Source of the DNA: Alphaproteobacteria bacterium
GTDB taxonomy: Bacteria; Pseudomonadota; Alphaproteobacteria; Micavibrionales; CSBR16-224
Direction of reading: 5' to 3'
Length of the DNA stretch: 30,369 bases
NCBI GenBank assembly: GCA_007116755.1
Contig: SKHU01000053.1
Span: 1-30,369, forward strand
Shown: positions 25,244 through 30,369 of the stretch, in pieces
Layout: every line of letters begins with the position of its first letter
Numbering within the stretch: position 1 is the first letter of the stretch
The notes under the pieces: generated by a model
Told to the model about the DNA's origin: nothing
The model's database searches: none
The model's input: the letters and a program-made list of their open reading frames with translations, nothing else
Position numbers and translations under genes: made by a program

Positions 25244-26740
25244 ATGACAACACAAGTACAACAGATCAACAAAGAACACGCGGATCGTGCCGAAACGGGA
25301 TATAAAACCATTCCGCACAATACCGAGGCGGAACAGGCGCTGCTTGGCGCGCTGCTTGTCAATAACAGCGCGCTGGAAAGGGTCAGCGATTTCCTGTTTC
25401 CCGAACATTTCTTTAACCCCGCCCACGGCAGAATCTATGCGGCAATCTGCAAGATGATCGACCGCGGGCAGGAAGCTAGCCCGGTGACGCTGAAGGAATA
25501 TTTCCACAAGGACGAGGAACTCGAACATGTCGGCGGCGGCGAATATCTGGCAGAGCTTGCCCATAATGTCATCAATATCGTCAATGTGCAGGATTACGGC
25601 CGGACAATCTATGACCTGCATCTGCGCCGCGCGCTGGTCGCGCTGGGCGAAGAAATTACCGGACAGGCTATGCAGCCTGATCTTGATCTTCCGCCCTCGA
25701 CGCAAATTGAAGCTGCGGAACAGCAGCTTTTCAACCTTGCCTCGGAAGGCTCGGCGCGGGGCGGTTTTGTGAAATTTGCATCGGCGCTGAGCAATGCGAT
25801 CAATACGGCGGAAAGCGCCTTTCGCAATCAGGGCAAAATCACCGGCGTGACCACCGGATTGACCGATATCGACCAGAAACTCGGCGGGCTGCACAATTCC
25901 GATCTTCTGATTGTCGCCGGACGGCCGTCGATGGGAAAAACCGTTATGGGGGTTAATATCGCCTTCAATGCCGCGCGCGCCTATCTGGAATCGGGCGGCG
26001 GCGAAGGCGCGGTTTCCGCGATTTTCTCGCTTGAAATGTCCGCCGAACAGCTCGCGGCACGTATTCTGGCCGATATCTCCTCTGTTTCTTCGGATAAAAT
26101 CCGCAAGGGCGAACTGATGGACAGCGATTTTCAAAAATTTATTGAATCCGGCCGATTGCTGTCGTCCCTGCCCCTGTTTGTTGACGACACTCCCGCACTG
26201 ACAGTCGGCGCCGTCCGCACGCGGGCGCGACGCCTGAAACGCACGGAAAATCTCGGCCTGATCGTGATCGATTATCTGCAACTGCTCTCCGGCAGCGGCG
26301 GTGGGCGCGGGTCGGAAAACCGCGTGCAGGAAATTTCAGAAATCACCCGCGGCCTGAAGGCGCTGGCAAAAGAGCTGAATGTTCCCGTCGTTGCGCTCTC
26401 GCAGCTCAGCCGTGCCGTCGAATCACGTGACAATAAAAGACCGCAACTGTCCGACCTCAGAGAATCCGGCTCGATCGAGCAGGATGCCGATGTCGTGATG
26501 TTCCTTTACCGTGAACAATATTATCTTGAACGTGAAGAGCCCAGCCGCAAAGCCGAGGAAAACGAAGAGAAATTCAACGACCGTTATGAACAGTGGCAGC
26601 AGCGCTGTGCCGTCACCCATAATATTGCGGAATGTATTATCGCCAAACAGCGCCACGGGCCGATCGGCACGATCAAGCTGTTCTTTGAAGGCCAGTACAC
26701 ACGATTCTCCGATCTGGATACGCATCATGATACCCGCTGA
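25244..26740 (+). CDS. dnaB: Replicative DNA helicase DnaB
   Basis: PHNTEAEQALLGALL, GVTTG, AGRPSMGKT, FSLEMSAEQL, IVIDYLQL, SQLSRAVE, RPQLSDLRESGSIEQDADVV, IIAKQRHGP. Likely start ATG 25244 (MTTQVQ). Confidence 0.98.
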   Translation: MTTQVQQINKEHADRAETGYKTIPHNTEAEQALLGALLVNNSALERVSDFLFPEHFFNPAHGRIYAAICKMIDRGQEASPVTLKEYFHKDEELEHVGGGEYLAELAHNVINIVNVQDYGRTIYDLHLRRALVALGEEITGQAMQPDLDLPPSTQIEAAEQQLFNLASEGSARGGFVKFASALSNAINTAESAFRNQGKITGVTTGLTDIDQKLGGLHNSDLLIVAGRPSMGKTVMGVNIAFNAARAYLESGGGEGAVSAIFSLEMSAEQLAARILADISSVSSDKIRKGELMDSDFQKFIESGRLLSSLPLFVDDTPALTVGAVRTRARRLKRTENLGLIVIDYLQLLSGSGGGRGSENRVQEISEITRGLKALAKELNVPVVALSQLSRAVESRDNKRPQLSDLRESGSIEQDADVVMFLYREQYYLEREEPSRKAEENEEKFNDRYEQWQQRCAVTHNIAECIIAKQRHGPIGTIKLFFEGQYTRFSDLDTHHDTR

Positions 26741-27854
26741 ACACGAATCGACGGAAATTTCGGCCGGATTATCCCTGACAGTCGATCTTGCCGCCGTTGC
26801 CGAAAACTACCGGATCATTTGCCAACATCTGGCCAAAGGCGCAACATCCGCCGCAGTCGTCAAAGCCGATTCCTACGGTTTGGGGATGGAAGAATGCAGC
26901 CGGACATTCCATCAGGCAGGCTGCCGTTTTTTTTTCGTCACTTCGCTTGACGAGGCGCTCGCCTTCCGCAAAACACAAAAAGACTGGCCGGTCGCCACAT
27001 TGCATGGCCTGGGAGGATTAAGAAATATTCATGATATTTCAGCCTACTACCAAAATAATATCATCCCCTGCCTGAACTCTCTTGAAGAGGTTCGACTCTG
27101 GCATGCCGCCGCAAAACAGACAGGGCAGCGCCTGCCGGCGTTGCTGCATGTCGATACGGGCATGAGCCGCCTCGGCCTGCCGCCGGAGGAATTTTCGCAG
27201 TTTAAAGAGCATCGCGGCGATTTTTCCGGAATTGCGTTCCTATACGTCATCAGCCATCTGGCCTGCGCCGACGAACCCGACAATCCGGTAACGGAAGATC
27301 AATACAAAAAATTCTGCGCCATCAAAGAGGCGCTGCCCGATATTCCGGGCTGTTTGGCCAATTCGGCCGGTGTGTTCTACGACCCGAAGTTGCATTTCGA
27401 TATGGTACGCCCCGGTGCGGCTTTATACGGGCTGCAGCTCAGCCCGCGCCAGCCGGAAATGCAGCCCTGCCTTTACCTGACTGCGCCGGTACTGCAACTG
27501 CGCAACCTGAATAAAGGCGATCCGGTCGGTTACGGCAGCACATGGCGCGTCAAAAAAAATAACAGCCTGATTGCAACGATTCCCGCCGGTTATGCGCAAG
27601 GCTATCTGCGCTGCCTCGGCAACAAAGGCCGCGTTTACGTCCACGGCAAGGAATGCCCCGTTGTCGGCCGCGTTTCGATGGATCTGGTCACCATCGATGT
27701 GACAGAGGTTGCAGACCGTATCAAATGCGGCGACCGTGTGGAAATTCTGGGAAAAAACCGCCGCGCCGATGCCGTCGCGGCCGAAGCCGGCACAATCGGC
27801 TACGAAATTCTGACATCACTCGGCAAAATCCGTCCGCGCCTTTATCTCCGCTGA
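26727..27854 (+). CDS. alr: Alanine racemase
   Basis: VDLAAVAENYR, AVVKADSYGLG (PLP Lys), HVDTGMSRLG, SHLACAD, VRPGAALYG, VGYG, GRVSMD, GTIGYEILT. Start ATG 26727 overlaps the dnaB stop by 14 nt. Confidence 0.97.
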   Translation: MIPAEHESTEISAGLSLTVDLAAVAENYRIICQHLAKGATSAAVVKADSYGLGMEECSRTFHQAGCRFFFVTSLDEALAFRKTQKDWPVATLHGLGGLRNIHDISAYYQNNIIPCLNSLEEVRLWHAAAKQTGQRLPALLHVDTGMSRLGLPPEEFSQFKEHRGDFSGIAFLYVISHLACADEPDNPVTEDQYKKFCAIKEALPDIPGCLANSAGVFYDPKLHFDMVRPGAALYGLQLSPRQPEMQPCLYLTAPVLQLRNLNKGDPVGYGSTWRVKKNNSLIATIPAGYAQGYLRCLGNKGRVYVHGKECPVVGRVSMDLVTIDVTEVADRIKCGDRVEILGKNRRADAVAAEAGTIGYEILTSLGKIRPRLYLR

Positions 27855-27952
27855 GTTTTTTGTCTTTATTATCAAAAAATGCTGGAAAAACGCATCAAAG
27901 CGCCTTACAAATAGGGCTTTAAAAAACCGACAAAAACAAAGATGATACACGC

Positions 27953-28738
27953 ATGATCACAACCGTACTCAAACCCGTCCGCACCATCGGCAAAACAACA
28001 CTGAACTTTCTGGCCGCCGTCGGGCGCTTATCAAGCTTTGCCGGAAAAGGGATATACCATTGCGTTGTGCCGCCGATTTACTGGCGGCTGCTTTTCCGGC
28101 AATTGATACAGATCGGCTATTACTCTCTGCCGGTCGTCGGGCTGACGGCGCTGTTTACAGGGATGGTGCTGGCGCTGCAAAGCTATACCGGATTTTCGCG
28201 CTTCAATGCCGAGGGTGCGGTGGCCACGGTTGTCGTCCTGTCAATGACGCGCGAACTTGCGCCCGTACTGGCCGGGCTGATGGTAGCCGGTCGCATCGGT
28301 GCCTCCATTGCCGCAGAAATCGGCACAATGCGGGTGACGGAACAGATTGATGCGCTGACAACGCTGTCAACCAACCCCTATAAATATCTGATCGCGCCGC
28401 GACTGATTGCGGGCGTTATCACCTTGCCGATGCTGGTTCTGGTCGGCGATGTTATCGGCGTTTTCGGCGGCTATATCGTCGGCGTTTATACGCTGGGCTT
28501 CGGACCGGAAAACTATCTGATGAACACATGGGAATATCTGGAAGCGATTGATGTGATCTCCGGCCTGATCAAAGCCGCTGTTTTCGGATTTCTGGTGACG
28601 CTGATGGGCTGCTATAACGGTTTTAATTCCGGACGCGGCGCACAGGGTGTCGGACGGGCGACGACGAATGCGGTTGTCTCCTCCTCCATTCTGATTTTGG
28701 TGTTTAACTTCATCCTGACGCGGATGTTCTTTTCTTAA
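27953..28738 (+). CDS. mlaE: MlaE-family ABC transporter permease
   Basis: RELAPVLAGLMVAGRIGASIAAEIGTMRVTEQIDAL, GAQGVGRATTNAVV. Confidence 0.93.
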   Translation: MITTVLKPVRTIGKTTLNFLAAVGRLSSFAGKGIYHCVVPPIYWRLLFRQLIQIGYYSLPVVGLTALFTGMVLALQSYTGFSRFNAEGAVATVVVLSMTRELAPVLAGLMVAGRIGASIAAEIGTMRVTEQIDALTTLSTNPYKYLIAPRLIAGVITLPMLVLVGDVIGVFGGYIVGVYTLGFGPENYLMNTWEYLEAIDVISGLIKAAVFGFLVTLMGCYNGFNSGRGAQGVGRATTNAVVSSSILILVFNFILTRMFFS

Positions 28739-28755
28739 AAAACAACGGGCAGACA

Positions 28756-29520
28756 ATGCAACAATACAAACTGAGACTGCATAACGTACACAAATCCTTC
28801 GGCAGCAACCGCGTGTTGCGCGGCGCGTCTCTGGACATCAAAAAAGGCGAATCCGTTGTTATTATCGGCGGTTCGGGAACAGGGAAATCCGTATTGTTGA
28901 AATGCGTTCTGGGGCTGATTATGCCTGATCGCGGCGAAATTACTGTGGATGGCCAAAACATCACGTTTCTGCCCGTTCACAAGCGTGATAATTTTATGCA
29001 TAAATTCGGCATGCTGTTTCAGGGCGGCGCACTTTTTGACAGCCTGCCGATCTGGGAAAACGTCGCTTTCGGCCTTTTGCAGAAACATAATTATTCGCGC
29101 AAGGATGCCTATGACGTGGCGATTGAAAAACTGCGCTCCGTCGGTCTGGGGGAACGCGTAGCCCAGCTTTTCCCTGCCGAGCTTTCGGGCGGTATGCAAA
29201 AACGTGTTTCGCTGGCACGGGCGATTGCCACCAATCCGGAAATCATCTTTTTTGACGAGCCGACGACCGGTCTTGATCCGATTATGGCCGATGTCATCAA
29301 TGATCTGATCGTCAAAGCCACAAAAGAACTTGGCGCGACAACGCTGACCATCACGCACGATATGGCCAGCGCCCGCAAGATTGCCGATGATATTGCCATG
29401 ATTTATGACGGAAAAATTATCTGGCGCGGTTCGGCCAAAAAAATTGAAAATTCCGGCAACGAATATGTTGACCAGTTTATCCACGGACGTGCGGACGGGC
29501 CGATTGCGCTGGCCGTATAG
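28756..29520 (+). CDS. mlaF: MlaF-family ABC transporter ATP-binding protein
   Basis: GGSGTGKS, LFQGGALFDSL, PAELSGGMQKRVSLARAI, FFDEPTTGLDP, ITHD. Confidence 0.93.
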   Translation: MQQYKLRLHNVHKSFGSNRVLRGASLDIKKGESVVIIGGSGTGKSVLLKCVLGLIMPDRGEITVDGQNITFLPVHKRDNFMHKFGMLFQGGALFDSLPIWENVAFGLLQKHNYSRKDAYDVAIEKLRSVGLGERVAQLFPAELSGGMQKRVSLARAIATNPEIIFFDEPTTGLDPIMADVINDLIVKATKELGATTLTITHDMASARKIADDIAMIYDGKIIWRGSAKKIENSGNEYVDQFIHGRADGPIALAV

Positions 29521-29532
29521 CCGCGCTATAAT
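29504..29532 (+). promoter_or_regulatory. Putative sigma70 promoter of the PBP1A gene
   Basis: TTGCGC (29504-09), 17-nt spacer, TATAAT (29527-32), 44 nt upstream of ATG 29577. Confidence 0.55.
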
Positions 29533-29576
29533 CCCACTGTAAATTCTATAAAGCGGAAAGCAGATCTAAAAAAACG

Positions 29577-30369
29577 ATGGCATGGATGTTTCGCGGTTTT
29601 ATTGCTTTGATTTCACTCGGCTTCCTTGGCCTGATCGCCGGGATTGCCGTGTTTGTCTGGATTCTGTTTTATTACAGCGAGGATTTGCCGGCCTACAGCC
29701 AGCTTGCGGATTATGAGCCGGCAATCATCACACGCGTCCACACTTCGGACGGACGGCTGATGGCGGAATTCGCGCAGGAAAAGCGTATCTTCCTGCCGAT
29801 CCGTGAAGTTCCCGAACATGTCATTCAGGCGTTTCTGTCTGCCGAGGACAAGAATTTCTACACCCATCCCGGCATTGATATTTTCGGTGTCGCACGGGCG
29901 CTTTACACCAATATCAGCAATATGGGCAGCGGCCGGAGGCCGGAGGGCGCGTCAACCATTACCCAGCAGGTCGCCAAAAACTTCCTGCTCAGCGGCGATG
30001 TCAGCTATGAGCGCAAAGTACAGGAGGCCTTGCTGGCCTTCCGTATTGAACGCGCCTTTACCAAAGATCAGATTCTCGAACTCTATTTGAACGAGATTTA
30101 TATGGGGATGGGAACATACGGCGTTGCGGCTGCCGCGCTGAATTATTTCGGCAAGACACTTGATCAGGTGACCGTTGAGGAAGCCGCCTATCTGGCTGCC
30201 CTGCCGAAAGCGCCGAATAATTATCACCCGCGCCGCAATTATGAAACCGCACTGGCGCGGCGCAACTGGGTATTGTCGCGCATGGCCGAAGACGGCCATA
30301 TCACGGAAGAGGAACGCGCAGAATTACGGGAAAAACCGCTGGAGACCGTACAAAGAGCGGAAGACGGAC
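29577..30369 (+). CDS. mrcA: Penicillin-binding protein 1A (transglycosylase part; runs off the right edge)
   Basis: Not in the ORF track. Manual translation MAWMFRGFIALISLGFLGLIAG…(TM)…EDLPAYSQLADYEP…FLSAEDKNFYTHPGID…GASTITQQVAKNFLL…RKVQEALLA…ILELYLNEIY gives the GT51 motifs. Confidence 0.95.
   Translation, partial: MAWMFRGFIALISLGFLGLIAGIAVFVWILFYYSEDLPAYSQLADYEPAIITRVHTSDGRLMAEFAQEKRIFLPIREVPEHVIQAFLSAEDKNFYTHPGIDIFGVARALYTNISNMGSGRRPEGASTITQQVAKNFLLSGDVSYERKVQEALLAFRIERAFTKDQILELYLNEIYMGMGTYGVAAAALNYFGKTLDQVTVEEAAYLAALPKAPNNYHPRRNYETALARRNWVLSRMAEDGHITEEERAELREKPLETVQRAEDG

Noticed and set aside
20284-26281. Antisense ORFs of 323 aa (20284-21255) and 366 aa (25181-26281)
   Set aside because: Shadows of rseP and dnaB.
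26511-26726. Long N-terminal extensions of alr (also dnaB 25148, dxr 22570, cdsA 23207, lipoprotein 18460)
   Set aside because: ORF-caller longest-frame artefacts that overlap neighbouring genes or precede the recognisable domain or signal-peptide start.

Overview
Alphaproteobacterial chromosomal segment. Gene content and order suggest a Rhodospirillales/Micavibrio-like lineage (inference, not verified). Most of the window is housekeeping: tsaE-murU-addB (addB runs off the left edge), a sigma54-driven flagellar hook operon fliK-flgD-flgE, rne divergent from amiC, eno, uppS-cdsA-dxr-rseP, a zinc-ribbon membrane protein plus a single-domain response regulator, dnaB-alr-mlaE-mlaF, and PBP1A (runs off the right edge). 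Two accessory zones stand out. (1) 3275-5078 is a head-to-tail array of four diverged paralogs of a small basic protein I do not recognise, with strongly conserved N- and C-terminal motifs around a variable middle. This is the best candidate for an undescribed system. (2) 16502-19949 holds an unknown-domain protein with a short 22-aa leucine-rich repeat array, plus three exported or lipoprotein genes where bamA would normally follow rseP. The 557-bp rne-amiC intergenic region is densely structured, and amiC looks leaderless. No rRNA, tRNA, CRISPR array, integrase or transposase was seen. All family assignments come from motif recognition by eye; no database searches were run.
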